From Narcine bancroftii (Eukaryota), in the NCBI RefSeq assembly GCF_036971445.1, contig NC_091478.1, positions 11,222,001 to 11,286,000 on the forward strand: a stretch of DNA of 64,000 nucleotides, read 5' to 3'. The notes beneath the pieces are model-generated. The model made no database searches, was not told the origin of the DNA, and saw nothing but the letters and a program-made list of their open reading frames with translations. How positions within the stretch are numbered: the stretch's first letter is position 1; every line of letters begins with the position of its first letter. Made by a program: the position numbers and the translations under genes. Positions 11,330 through 24,516 of this stretch are shown here, in pieces.

Positions 11330-13315
11330 CCTGATTGAGTTGGTCGTTGAGGAGTCTGATGGTGGAGGGGCAGCAGCTGTTCCTGAACCTGGTGGTGCCA
11401 GCCCCGTGGGCGCCTGCACCTCTTTCCTGATGGCAGCAGCGAGAGCGGAGCCCGTCCCAGGTGACGGCAGCAGCGAGAGCGGAGCCCGTCCCAGGTGACG
11501 GCAGCAGCGAGAGCGGAGCCCGTCCCAGGTGACGGCAGCAGCGAGAGCGGAGCCCGTCCCAGGTGACGGCAGCAGCGAGAGCGGAGCCCGTCCCAGGTGA
11601 CGGCAGCAGCGAGAGCGGAGCCCGTCCCAGGTGACGGCAGCAGCGAGAGCGGAGCCCGTCCCAGGTGACGGCAGCAGCGAGAGCGGAGCCCGTCCCAGGT
11701 GACGGCAGCAGCGAGAGCGGAGCCCGTCCCAGGTGACGGCAGCAGCGAGAGCGGAGCCCGTCCCAGGTGACGGCAGCAGCGAGAGCGGAGCCCGTCCCAG
11801 GTGACGGCAGCAGCGAGAGCGGAGCCCGTCCCAGGTGACGGCAGCAGCGAGAGCGGAGCCCGTCCCAGGTGACGGCAGCAGCGAGAGCGGAGCCCGTCCC
11901 AGGTGACGGCAGCAGCGAGAGCGGAGCCCGTCCCAGGTGACGGCAGCAGCGAGAGCGGAGCCCGTCCCAGGTGACGGCAGCAGCGAGAGCGGAGCCCGTC
12001 CCAGGTGACGGCAGCAGCGAGAGCGGAGCCCGTCCCAGGTGACGGCAGCAGCGAGAGCGGAGCCCGTCCCAGGTGACGGCAGCAGCGAGAGCGGAGCCCG
12101 TCCCAGGTGACGGCAGCAGCGAGAGCGGAGCCCGTCCCAGGTGACGGCAGCAGCGAGAGCGGAGCCCGTCCCAGGTGACGGCAGCGTTCCGCTTGTGTTT
12201 CCTCCGTGATGCACCTTTCTCGGGGTCTTCCCCCCCCCGTGGTATTGCCCCCCCCCCCCCCCCACCCACCCAGGCTGGGCTGTGAGGCAGCCGGTTGACC
12301 CACTTCCCACCGCACATCTGTAGGACTTTGCCAAGGTTCTTCGACGTCACCGCAAACTCCTCAGAAAGTGGAGGCGCCGGCTGATGTGCTTGCTTCGCCG
12401 TGACATTTGCGTGTTTGGCCCTCGGAGATAGTGACTCCCAGGAGTTTAAATTTGCTCACCCCCCCCCCCGATTTTGGTGGCATTGAGTGCGAGGTTGTTT
12501 GTGCACCATTCAGTTAAGTTTTCAATCTGCCTCTTGTATACTGTCTCATTGCCTCATTTTATTCAATCGTGGAATTGACAGCAAATTTATAGATGGTGTT
12601 ATTGTTATTACTGAGCCTCACAGTCACAGGTAGAGCAGGAGGCTAAGAATGCAGCCCTGTGGTGCTCTGGTACTGATGGAAATTGTGGAGGAGATGTTCT
12701 TACCAATCCACAATGATTGAGGCCTGGAGGTGAGGAAATCCAGGATCCAATTGCACAGTGGGGTGTTGAGGCCCAGGTCTTCGAGTTTGCTCATCAGGTA
12801 TGAAGGGCTGATGGTGTTGCATGCTAGAAGGTAGTAGATAATGTATCCCGATGGATACATTTTTGCTGTCCAGGTGTTCCAGTGTTTTGTGTAGAACCGG
12901 TTAGATGGTATCTGGTATAGACCTGTTGGTGTGTTAGGCAAATTGGCACTGATGCACGTCACCACTCAGACAGGAGATGATATGCTTGAACATCAGCCTC
13001 TCAAAACACTTCATCACTGTGGGTGTGAGTGATCGGTAGTAATTTAGAAGACCACCGTACTCTTCTTGGGCACAGATATGATTGTGGTCTATTTGAAACA
13101 GGTGGTACCACAGCCTTCTGGAGTAAGACGTCGAAGATGTCTGAATATACATTGGCAAGTTGGTCAGCAAGGTTTTAAGTATTCTGCCATGTATTCTGTC
13201 CAGACCGGATGCTTTCCTTGGATTCACGCTCCTGAAGGCAGCCTGCACGTCATTGTTGGATACTGATGTGGGGGTGCACAGTGGTGCTGCCTTGGTCTGG
13301 TGGTCAAATTGGGTG
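11330..13315 (-). mobile_element. Rex1/Babar-type LINE (degenerate RT) in NSMCE4A intron 1
   Basis: ORF remnants 'SVNPRKASGLDRIHGRILK', 'VMKCFERL', '[14 protein letters not shown]...[15 protein letters not shown]'. Confidence 0.85.
11428..12186. repeat. 34-bp minisatellite (GACGGCAGCAGCGAGAGCGGAGCCCGTCCCAGGT), about 22 copies
   Basis: Visually identical tandem units, embedded in the LINE. Confidence 0.95.
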
Positions 13316-14464
13316 ACTTAATGGTGGGGCAGACTCTTATGGCTGACTAGCCTATTTCTGCTCGTTGGTCTTAGGGTATGGGGGATGTAAGTTAATTGGG
13401 ATATTTGGGCAACATATGGGCCAGAAGGGCCTGTTTTTTAAAATATACAAATTTAAAATTCAAATCTTTCAACAGCGCAAACAGATCTTTTGGTGGTCCC
13501 AGAGTAATTATGATTAGGATTATGGAGGTACAGGAAGGTTTAAGAACCTTCCCAAAATGTTGGTTACCCTTAACTTCCTACGGATGTTGCAAAATCTGCT
13601 GACTTTCTCCAGAATATTTGTAGATGTCTGTAGACCTTCTTGTTTAACATCCTATCAATGAAGTCTCTCCTTCCTGAAGTCTACATGTCTTGCTGACTGA
13701 GAGTTGGATTGTTGTTCTGGCATGAGAAAGACTCTCAATCTCTATTGTGTATTTTGACTACTGCATGAGCCAGGGTTCCTGACTTGTTTTATTACCCTTT
13801 ATTAGAGAAGATACAAGTATTGCCAAAAACTGATGGAAAACCATGAACGGCAGCACAAAGCAGCAGCCATGGTTATTACAAAAACAGACTTCCATTGCCC
13901 CCATTGTGCTTCCAGACTGGGACTGCAAAGTCACCTTCATGCCCACAGATGAACTACACAACAACATGTCTCCTTTGAATTGAAAGATGACTAATAATAT
14001 AGAGATTATTTGCATTAGTTATGGTGCACGAAAGGGCCAGTGTTGATCTCCAAATTGGGCTGTCATTCTTCCATTGCTCATAGTACCTGTGCATTTGTGC
14101 AAACCCAACCTTTGTATTTGCTGCTGGATCAAAATAGAAAATGCCGGAACCACCTGTGAAACGAGAAATGGTTAATGATTCAGATGGAACCCTTTGTAAG
14201 AAGTCTGCTTGGTGTTTTCTATCTGTTTCTGAATTCCAGTTAACCCAGTAAATTTTCCACTTGATGCTTGGACCTCTGCTGTCCCTGGGTTTTTTAAGTT
14301 ATATTGCCTATCGGACCTCCAGACCTGGAGGTCTTCTCAAACATCATAAGCTTTATTCTCAGTATTCTGCTGTTGTCTCGTGTCCCTCCTATCTTTGTAA
14401 CTCTTGAATGTTTTTTTTTTTACAGTAGTACCCCAATTTTCTCACTGTCCACTTCGTATTTCAG

Positions 14465-14545
14465 AGAATCGGGAGGATATGATCAGACCCAATAGTAATA
14501 AATTAACAGAAGCACTGGAGGAAGCTAATAAATTGTTTTCAAAAG
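14465..14545 (+). CDS. NSMCE4A: NSMCE4A exon 2 (QNREDMIRPNSNKLTEALEEANKLFSK)
   Basis: Acceptor TTTCAG|, donor G|GTGAGT. Confidence 0.95.
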
Positions 14546-14901
14546 GTGAGTACTATTTAGCTCAAAATATGCTGGAATTGAAGGGCCTCATTTAAGGGCC
14601 AAGGAACAACAAAAACCAAAAGACACAAATAATTTTTGTCTTAATTCAAGCCAACTAAACTGGCTAAAGTAGTGTTATTTCCAACAATTAAATTGTAACT
14701 AAAAGTAGTTGGGGTTTTTTAAGCCTGGTTAATTTGTTTGATTTTTTTTTTCTATGTCTCTCGGTTCCCTGCTATTCATTTAACATTTGTTTTGCATTGT
14801 CGTATTTGCATGATGACATTGTTCAGAACTGAATTATATTAAAAGATTTGATGCTTCCTAAAAAAACCCAGAAATTATATTTCATGGTTTTTTTTAAACA
14901 G

Positions 14902-15032
14902 TACGACAGACAAGCGAGGCAGCCTTGGATGCTCAGTTTCTCGTACTTGCTACAAACCTGGGTCAAGAGAAAGCTAATCAGCTACACACAGACATGATGG
15001 TGTTTGATCCATCAGTCTTTGCAGAGGAACTG
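14902..15032 (+). CDS. NSMCE4A: NSMCE4A exon 3 (VRQTSEAALDAQFLVLATNLGQEKANQLHTDMMVFDPSVFAEEL)
   Basis: Acceptor AAACAG|, donor CTG|GTAGGA. Confidence 0.95.
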
Positions 15033-15997
15033 GTAGGAAGATATCATTCCTTTGAAAGTGTTTAAAACCTAAGGAACAATATTGCCAAATGGATTGTATC
15101 TAGGGGTTTGTTATCAAACTAGAAAGTTTAAAGTGTGCAAATTTGAACTTGAAATATACCAAATAAAACTTTGTTTTATTTCATTTTGTGCAAGACTGTG
15201 GAACGTGCCTTGTAATTGATGATTTTTGGTGTGATCACTAAATTGATCACCAGGAATGGCTTCTACTGATCGTGATGGCCAAGCACTAAAGGACCATGCT
15301 GACAAATTGGTTCTGCATCAATTGCTGTGAGAGTTAAACACAAGGGTTAAAATTGCTTGTCCTTATGTACTAACATGTTGTAGATGGATCATTGATAGGA
15401 ATGGCCCACTGGTGTCTGGTGCAATCAATGCGTTCTCTGTGATCAGGATATATCTGGATTTCAGAATTGTGCACCCAAGAAGTGGTTTGGTTCTTCAACA
15501 GCTCTAGAATGGTATTTAATGCATTCTTCAATGACCCAACTGTCAGTCTTGACTAGGGAATAATGACAGAGCTCTACATAAAAGTGCCAAAGACCAGGTG
15601 AAGCATTTCCAACCAGAGATGCTGAGTGACTGATCCATCAATATTGTTCTAGAAATTGACCTTCAGAGTCACCCACCATTAACAAATGCGGTCTGGGGAA
15701 GTTAAAGGGACTCTGGTCATCTTGGCCTGAAACCTTACTGGATTATCCAGGTAAATAGAGTGCCTTCAAGAACAGGTTAGAGACAACATCTTGCAGTAGG
15801 AGATTTGCCTTCTAACTCCCTAAAGCCTTTCCTGCTCTTACCAAGCACACATCAGCTGTGTAATGGAATACTCTTCATCTTCCTGGATAACTATTGCTTA
15901 AACATTCAAGATACTCAATGCCATCCAAATAATTTTTTTAGGGCAAGAAAATAACAATGTCTTTAAATTGAAGCAAGATATAAACTGATTCTCTAGA

Positions 15998-16253
15998 TCA
16001 TCCCTTCTCAACCATTTTTTTTGGATATGGCCTCCTTGGGACTCTGGTCAAAGTTTATGGGCCCCCTTCCCTGTGAAGCAGTCCAGTTTCGGTTTCTTCT
16101 GTACTTCTACCAATTACAAAAAACATAAATAATTATTACGTGAGATGAAAAGAAAATAAGTCTTTTATTTAAATGTGCTGTGGCCCCTGGGGGGCACAGG
16201 CTAGTGGGGGGGGGGGTGGTGTGGAGGCGGAGGGCCCCCATTGAGAATGGCTG
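15998..16253. mobile_element. Non-autonomous DNA transposon (MITE); second copy at about 27660-27858
   Basis: Two similar copies sharing CAAAGTTTATGGGCCCC..CCCTGTGAA.CAGTC, with imperfect terminal inverted repeats (..TTCTC.ACC / TTGA.AATGGCTG). Confidence 0.6.
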
Positions 16254-16406
16254 CTTTCGATTAGTGGCAGTAGGAATGTTTTTTGTTCTGGATCTTTTTC
16301 AAATATGTTAATGTTGCATATTGCATCAATGTAACATTGTCAGAAATGTTTATTTTGATGTACAAAAATGCTATTTCATCTTGAGTTTTTGATGGTTTCT
16401 CTGCAG

Positions 16407-16552
16407 TTAACGTTCATGGGTTTGAGACGTCTGGAAACTGAAGGGAGCGATGAAGATGATGAATCTGCAGGGTGGCTTCCTAAAGATGCCTGGACTAAAC
16501 TAGGAAATGAAGCAGAAAAGTACTTTAAAAGAGCTCCAGCCTTTCATTATAT
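16407..16552 (+). CDS. NSMCE4A: NSMCE4A exon 4 (LTFMGLRRLE...WTKLGNEAEKYFKRAPAFHYM)
   Basis: Acceptor CTGCAG|. The in-frame join to exon 5 requires a GC donor, AT|GCAAGT. Confidence 0.9.
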
Positions 16553-16742
16553 GCAAGTTCAACTCTTTTATCCAATTATCTGTGGCAATTAATGGATTTT
16601 AGTGTGGTACCTATACTTTGTTCAAATGCAGCATATTCTGGTGTTTGGACATCCACTGTTAAGTGCTTTTGAAATGATTGAAGGTGCAAAAGAAAAGGAA
16701 GTTTTTTTCTTTACAAAGTTTTCTATACATCTTTTGGTGCAG

Positions 16743-16842
16743 GCTGGGATCTTTCAAAAGTGAACCTCCAGTTCCACGACAGAGAACAGAGAGACAGAAA
16801 AGAATTCCAAATAAGGAGGAACGCAGAATAATGCCTACACAG
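16743..16842 (+). CDS. NSMCE4A: NSMCE4A exon 5 (LGSFKSEPPVPRQRTERQKRIPNKEERRIMPTQ)
   Basis: Acceptor TGCAG|, donor CAG|GTTTGT. Confidence 0.93.
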
Positions 16843-17389
16843 GTTTGTTTATTTGTGTATTTGTGTATTTCATTATTTAAAGTACTGAACGTATTTAGAC
16901 TTCAGGAATGGTGACATAGTTATTACAAAAACCATCAGAATCTGTTTTTAAAAACTCAGCCCAAAAATTGGAAAATGGAAACGAATTACTTTTAACACTA
17001 AAGTGAGAAGAAAGCTGCCAGACTTTAACTTTTAAACCTAGTCACCCTTTAAAATTTAAGCTGGCTCAATAAATGTGAAATCATCATGAGATTAATGTTG
17101 TGCCAATGCCATTTAATAGATTCATTTTTAACTAGCTTAGGTCTTTGATTGTTCAGAACTCCCAAGGATGAAGCTTGAATGTCCACTCAGCATAATAACT
17201 TCTTGGTCTGTTTTGTAAAATGGCAAGAAAAAACTGCTGTACAATGGAAAATTACATATTGGACTTTCAGGAATAATAGCTTTCATTTTAAAATTTGACT
17301 GGTCACAAGTCTTGTTTCAAGAATTGACAGCTGAGAAAACTCTGATCCAAACATGAATAGTAGGGAAGTTTCTAGAAAAAATTCTGAAG

Positions 17390-18445
17390 GCAGGGTTCAA
17401 GGCCAAAACTAAGGAGCTGATTGTTGACTTCAGGAAAGGAAAACCAGAGGTATACAATCCAGTGATCATTGGGGAAATCAGAGATGGAGAGGGTGAGCAA
17501 ATTTAAGTTCTTGGGAGTCACTATCTGGGAAGGTCTTTGCTGGACCCAACACCAATGGCACCATGAAAAAAGCACGTCAACACTTCTACTTCCTCAGGAG
17601 TTTGCAAAGGCTTGATAGGACACTAGAAACCCTGGCAAATTTCTACAAAGATGTGGTGGAAAATTTGCTGACTGGCTGCACCACAGTCTGGTATAGGGAC
17701 ACCAATCCCCCTGAGTGAAAACCCCTACAAAAGGTAGTAGACACAGTCCAGGATATCAGGCAAAAGCCTCCCCACTATTGAGTACATCTACAGGGAATGC
17801 TACTGTCGGAGGGGAGCAGCAATCATCAAAGACCCACCCCTCCCCACCCAGGATACCTTCTGTTTTTACTGCTGCCATCAGAAAAGAGGTATTGGTGTTG
17901 CAAGGGCAGCACAGTTGGTGTAGCAGCTAGCTCAGTGCCTTTACAACACGAGCGATCGGGACCGGGGTTTGAATCCCGTGCTGTCTGTAAGGAGTTTATA
18001 TGTTCTCCCCGTGTCTGTGTGGGTTTTCCCCAAGGGCTCCAGTTTTCTCTGACCATTTGAAACATACTGGGGGTGTAGGATAATTGGGCAGCATGGACTT
18101 GTGGGCTGAATGCTGTATGTCTACATTAAAAAAAATTAAACAAGACTCACACCACCAGGTTTAGGAATAGCTGCTCCCCTTCCACCATCAAACTCCTCAA
18201 CCACAAACTCAATCAGGGCCTCATTTAAGGACTTGTGCACTTTATTGAATTTCTTTTTTATTCTCTCTGTTTTGCACAGTTTGTTTACATTCGTTATCTG
18301 TTTTCAGTTCTTTGCTTGTTTACGTTTACGCTGTGTACATTTGTTTTTGCACTATGAATTAGTCGTAATTCTTGCGCGCCCGCAGGAAAAAGAATCTCAG
18401 GGTTGTATGTGATGTCATTTATGTACTCTGACAATAAATCTGAAA
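17390..18445 (+). mobile_element. Rex1/Babar-like LINE 3' part with a nested SINE (about 17904-18135)
   Basis: 'KTKELIVDFRK...V.KFKFLGVTI' remnant and ACAATAAATCTGAAATCTGA tail; the SINE interrupts the LINE. Confidence 0.75.
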
Positions 18446-19468
18446 TCTGAATGATCATTTGGAAACTGAGAGTAATCAAAGATGGCCAGTTTGGGTTTAT
18501 CAAGGATTGATTGATCAATCTGATTAAATTTTTGAAGAGGTAAGCCATTTATTGATGAGGGCGCCATATGGTCCAAAAGGCAAGGACCTGTAGAATCTTG
18601 GTAAGTTGGTAAATTGGCTTGGTAATAGGATTTACAATGCTACTTTTTGTGATTGCAAGAGTTCTGCTACTTGGTAGCCTGGACTGCTTTTGGTCTCATT
18701 GCTGTTGAGGAGGCCACATTGCACTGAATATAGTCTGAGTTTTAAGGAGGTGCACGTGAAATTATGCCTTGTCGATTAGGGGTTTCTTTGGTCCTTGGAA
18801 TGGTGATGCAAGTTCTCACATTCCACTGTTGCCTGAACACCTAGCATTTCCCCCTACAACTGTAAGAACTTTAACCCTACCTTCCCTCACCTGGTTCTTT
18901 CAGCCCCTTTTGTTGTCTGTTGCTGCCTATCACAGATTTGTTTATGTCCCACTCTACCTCTACCCATTCACTTGATTCTTCCTGCTCATCATCCCTCAAA
19001 TCAGTTAACTTCAACTGGCCTTTGTCTCATCTTTATACTGGCCATCTTCCCAGTTTACTCAATCCTAATATGGGTGCTTAACTCAAAACATCAATAACTC
19101 CTCCCCTTCACCTGTTTTATTGCTTAGTTCAGGGATAGAACTGTAAAATCCAGACAGGGTTGATGTAATCAGGAGTTTTTGACATGCCAACAAGTAGTTA
19201 ATTGGTCTCTTCAAAACTGACCATGTTATGGTAAGGTTGTCATTATCAGTCTACTAACACTAAAACCTATAGTGCCTGCCAAATGAGTGGTCACATAGTG
19301 CTATTTAATAAGAAAATAAATTACTGAATCAAAATTAGAACTAATATCCAAGTTCTCCAGGTTTGACTGTTTTAGCCAATTTTTAAAAAAAATCTTTTTT
19401 AGGTTGCAAATAATCATAATTTTGAGCAACCTTGTTCTGTAAATTGTTATTTTGTTTTGTATATAAAG

Positions 19469-19559
19469 TTGAAGAAAATGGAGGAATCTCATCAAGAGGC
19501 AACTGAAAAGGAAGTTGAGAGGATATTGGGACTCTTGCAAGAATACTTCAAATCTGACC
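19469..19559 (+). CDS. NSMCE4A: NSMCE4A exon 6 (LKKMEESHQEATEKEVERILGLLQEYFKSD)
   Basis: Acceptor ATAAAG|, donor C|GTGAGT; strongly conserved peptide. Confidence 0.96.
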
Positions 19560-19599
19560 GTGAGTACAGTGCTTGCCAACTCTTGTACTGATGAAACAG

Positions 19600-20075
19600 G
19601 TCAACACACAAAATGGTGCAGAAAAGATTTACTTGGCTATTTTCCAGAATTCAGGGACTAAGTTACAGGGAAAGGTTAAATAAGTTAGGACTTTTTCCCC
19701 TGGACCATAGAAGAACGATGGGGGGAACGATAGAGGTATTTTAAATTATGAGGAGGATAGACAGAGTAAATGTATAGGCTTTTTCCACTGAGGGTAAGTG
19801 AGATACAAACCAGAGGACGTGGGTTAAGAGTGAAAGGGTAAAAAGTTTAGGAGAGTGGAATGGGAAACCTTTTCACACAGTGCTTAGTGGGAGTGTGGAA
19901 TGAGCTGGCAGTTGATGTGAATGCAGGCTCAATTTTAATTTTTAAGAAGAATTTGGACAGGTACATGAATTGGAGGGCTATGATTAGATTGCAGGTCAGT
20001 GGGTCTAGGAGAATAATAGTTTGGCTAGAGGGGCAGAAGGGCCTGTTTCTATGCTATATTTTTCTCTGGTTCCGA
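19600..20075 (+). mobile_element. CR1-type LINE 3' fragment
   Basis: 'VQKRFT...LSYRERLNKLGLF.L..RR' remnant and CR1 3' UTR. Confidence 0.7.
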
Positions 20076-21189
20076 TAGTAGGTGATGGATGAATACCATG
20101 GAAGCGTGGAAGAAATGGGGGAAAAAAAGAAGCTAGGTGAAAGGAAGAAGAGGCAGTGGGCTGAGGTAGGAAGGGAATGGGGAGCTCGATGAAGGAAGGT
20201 ATGCATGTCACAAGATATAGAAGGAAAGAAGAAGGAATTTGGTCAGAGAGGTAAAGAAAACCCACAGAGGTGTGGGGGAGGTTGGGGGTGTTGGTTGAGA
20301 AAACGAGCAGAGGTGACTGGAAATTGGTGGAGTGGATGTTGATGCCGTCTAGTTGTAGACTGATTATAAAATGCTGTTCCTCATGTTTGCATATGGCTGT
20401 TTTTCCTTCAGTATGCATGGTGAAAGCTCAATTTTGTCAGTTCTACCTTAATTTATGTAATCCAATACATTAATATCTAAAGTATACTTTAAGCATATTT
20501 GATTACTTCTAGTTCCAAGTCTTGTGTGCAGAAATTAATTCCACTCATAAAGTTCATATTGTCATGCTTTGGTTTTCTATTCACTTAATTATTCTTGAAC
20601 AGTCACTTTCTCAGTCCACCTAATTCTGTCTTTTAACGAACAACTGCTTGCCTAAATAATTACCTTAAAAATTATGACTGATATTGTACAGAACTCCAAT
20701 TCCTCCACTGTACCACCAAGAAAAGAACAACTTCACAGGCCAACACTTTCTTCCCCAGCAGTGAACCACTGAATAAGTGAACCACTGAATAAGGGTGCTG
20801 TAATACCTTGGCTCCAGCCATCATCTTCATCTTTGTCTCTTCAGCTTCAATTATTAAAACTTCTGATCCTTACTGTCATTCTCATAGCATAATCCATTAT
20901 CTCTAAATTACTGGCATTGATTGGTTACTAATCTCATCTTTTGAGTTTTGAAAGTTTAAGATTTCAACTCCTAATGCAGAGGCTGACACTGTAATGCAAT
21001 AGAGAGGGAATTGTATAGGTATGAAGGCCCTTTATTTTTAAATTAGGTGTTAAACTGAGGTACTGTCTATTTTCTACAGTAACTAACAGATCCCATGACA
21101 TTCTGAAGAAAAAAAGTTGTTCATGACCAACAATTGTGAAACTTGTATTTGTGATAATTTCATTGATAATTAAATGTTATCTTTTACAG

Positions 21190-21284
21190 CTGAAACACCA
21201 ATCAATTTCTTTGACTTTGTAATTGATCCACATTCTTATTCACGTACTGTGGAGAATATATTCCATGTTTCATTCATTGTGAGG
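21190..21284 (+). CDS. NSMCE4A: NSMCE4A exon 7 ([32 protein letters not shown])
   Basis: Acceptor TTACAG|, donor AGG|GTAAGT; Nse4 C-terminal signature. Confidence 0.97.
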
Positions 21285-22499
21285 GTAAGTGTTACACGAA
21301 GTAATTAGATTGAAGGCCAGCTATTGGCATTAAAATAATTTTTATACACAACTGTGATAGAGGGATTCAAGATGAAGAGCTCAGGCCCAAAACATTGGTT
21401 ACCTTTTACTTCCTGTAGATTCTGCATGACCTACTGAGTTTCTCCAGCACATTTGTGTATTGCACTTGACCCTAGCATGTGCAGAATTTCTTATTTTATT
21501 CTTGGGTGTTTATTTGTTGACTATCAATGCTGGATCAAGATAAACATGACAAACCTCTGGCACTTTCAGGTCATGATGTTATTTCTCATTCGAATGCTGA
21601 AGCCTGTTGCAACATCCTAATTGGGATCAATTCCTTTTAAGAACTGCCCATTTTTCCTTGTGGTCTTCATTCAAATTGGGAAGTATTTGTATATTGGACT
21701 TCACAAGTACAATTTAAAAAAAAAGTTTAATTGGAAAAACTTTTTGTTTGTAAATCCTGCAATTAATCTGCAGCCAGTATTTCCAAATGGGACCATTAAT
21801 ATCTTGTATGTGTTTTTGGATGTGGCATGCATTTGCTTTAAGCTCTCTTCCATCATATTAAACAATTACATTCCTTGTCATTTTCTTGTTTAAATGGTTT
21901 GTGGGTCGATCCAGGATAACAAATTTCTGACCAGTGTTTTAAATTCCAACTTTACAGATGACTCCAACTCCACAGTCCACTACTATTGTTACAAAGGTCT
22001 AAAGAGAAAACACTGCTTTGAATAGATTTTGAATGGCATGGGAATTCTCACCACATTAGCCTCTTTTAAACTGCAGCACCTGGATAGCCCTCCTGGGACC
22101 TGGGTGCTATTACTGAGGCAAAGATGCTGGAAGCACCTTTCAAATTGCAGGGGGATTGACCCATTAAATCGGCAACCTGACGATTTATGAGGAATCCCAT
22201 CCCACGCTCACTGGAAGTACTGCCAAATGTTCAGAAGCTGGCTGCCCGGTGATGCACGCACGCGCTGACATCATCGGAATAAATGGGTCGGCCATTTTCC
22301 TGTTCAGATTGCCTATGGACACAACCTAGGAAAATTTAACTGGGTTCCCTGACGATCTCTGAGGTAGGTCAGTGACCCGGATGGATTCTGGCAAGGTTGA
22401 CCAGGTCCGACCCTTTCTAACTGCCACTTAACTGGGGCGCTGACCGGGCAAATTGCCTGGCTAACCCCATCCTGGGGTTGTGGATTTGTTATCAGAGAA

Positions 22500-23550
22500 G
22501 TGATTAAGTAGATAGGCTTGTACTCTCGAGTTTGGAGCCTGTGTCATGGAAATATATAAATTATTATGTCTGACAAGGGTCCCTCTGGTGAGCTCATCCA
22601 GAAACTCATGAGCCATGGAAACTTGGCTGATTGGATTCTAAATTGGCTGCCCCACAGAAAGCAAAAGTACTGTAATGGATGGAGCATAATCTGACGGAGA
22701 TGAGTGTTTCGTAAGGATCTGTTCTGGGACCCCCTGCTCTTTGTGATTTTCCAAAAGATTGGATGAACAAGGAAAGCAGTAAGTTAGAAAATTTATAGAT
22801 GTTAGAGGTGTTTTGGATATTGTGGAAGGTTGTCGTAGGCTACAATGGGATAGAGGTACAATGTAGATTTGGGTAGAGAAGTAGCAGATGATGGAATTCA
22901 ATCTGGAAAAGTGAAGTAATTCGCTTTGGAAGATTGAAATGTTGTACATGATTAATGGCAGGATTTGTAACTGTGGAAGATTAGAGGGATCAAGTCCATA
23001 AATCCCTCAAGTTGGCATGCAAGTTGAGATGGTTAAGAAGGTATATGGTAATGCTGACTTTTATTAGACAGAGAATTGAATTTAAGTGCCATGAGGTAAT
23101 GTTGCAAGTCTAAAGCAGATTAGACCACACTTATTGTGTTTAGTATTGGTTGCCTTATTTTTGGAAGGATGTGGAAGCTTTAGAGAGGGTGAAGAGGAGT
23201 ATTATCAGGATGCTTCTTGGAGCTTGAGCTTTTCTTTTTGGAGCAGCAGAAGATGAAAGGTGATTTTATAAGATTGAGGAGCATAGAGTGGACATCTGTG
23301 ACCTTTTTCCTTGGATGTTAATGGCCAATACCAGAGAACATGTGTTTAATGTGAAAGTTTAAGGAAGATGTCAAAAGTCGGTTTTTATTTTACACACAGA
23401 TGCGGTGGCTGAGGCTGATGCAATCAGAAGATTGCCTATCTCAGATAGGCACATGGATGTAAGAACAATGGATTGAGGGAGGGAAGGTTAGATTGGTTTA
23501 TCAAGGTCAGTACAATGTTGTAGGTTGAAGGGCCTGTGCTTTATTGCAGG
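22500..23550 (+). mobile_element. CR1-type LINE, degenerate RT to 3' end
   Basis: Degenerate [20 protein letters not shown] and LERV.R motifs. Confidence 0.7.
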
Positions 23551-24123
23551 GGTAAACACGTTAGATGCAGAGTTGATGGTTCCCCTGGCTGGGGTCTTTG
23601 AATGTTGGAATCTTTGGCATTCTCTACCCAATACTTTTGTGTTTGTCAGTTGTAGATTATATTAAAACCAGATTGCTATATTTTTTGATGTTAAGGGAGT
23701 TTAAGGGTTACGGGGTAAGTGCAGGAAAGTGGCAATGCTATCTTACTGAATGGTAGAGAAGCCAGGAGTGGCCACTGCGTATGATATGTTTACATGTTTC
23801 GTGTCAGTGGATTTTAAATCTAGCCTTCCCTGCAAAAGAAATGTGTATCCGTGCTTTATGGCAAAGTTAAGGATTCCTGTCTGGGACAGGGGATGAGTCT
23901 ATCTTGCTGGAGAGTTTGTTACTTGGTGTTCTGCAGAACTTGTTTGCAATCTAATTCATTTTCAGCCCCTCTCACCTGTGATTCAAGGCCTGTATAAATC
24001 TATTAAATCTGATTTGAATGCTCATTTTACAGGGTGAAGTACTCTGTTCCAAAAGTTGTCATCCTTATGACTGGAATTGAGCCAGACTAAATTAAACTAA
24101 TAATGACTCCTTGTTTCTTTCAG

Positions 24124-24172
24124 GATGGTTTTGCTGCCATTGGGCTTGACCAAGACAAACTTCCAATTATTG
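24124..24172 (+). CDS. NSMCE4A: NSMCE4A exon 8 (DGFAAIGLDQDKLPII)
   Basis: Acceptor TTTCAG|, donor G|GTAAGT. Confidence 0.95.
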
Positions 24173-24260
24173 GTAAGTTACTATTTTCAGTTTTGAAAGC
24201 AAAAACCAAAAAACGAGTCTATTTCATCAGGAAATTTTTAATTTTTGTATTATCTTTAAG

Positions 24261-24346
24261 AGCCAGTAAATGAAGGTGTGGGTAATGACAGGCCACAACA
24301 TCAAAGACAACAGACAGTTATTTCTTTGAGTCAACAGGAATGGAAG
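24261..24346 (+). CDS. NSMCE4A: NSMCE4A exon 9 (EPVNEGVGNDRPQHQRQQTVISLSQQEWK)
   Basis: Acceptor TTTAAG| after an 88-nt intron; donor AAG|GTATGT. Confidence 0.92.
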
Positions 24347-24516
24347 GTATGTTTAGTGAACAAAAATTAATAAAATTTCATCTTAATGAAATTCAAGATT
24401 TATAAATGATCTTGTAGTTTACTGGCTTTACATTATTTTTCAAAGTAACCATTGAAGCAATGTCCTATAATAAAACCACTGCTGCAAATGAACTGATAAC
24501 ATTCTGAATTATTGTA

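Noticed and set aside
11231-12350. Three overlapping 338-367 aa minus-strand ORFs
   Set aside because: Open only because the 34-bp repeat lacks stops on that strand; they lie within a decayed LINE.
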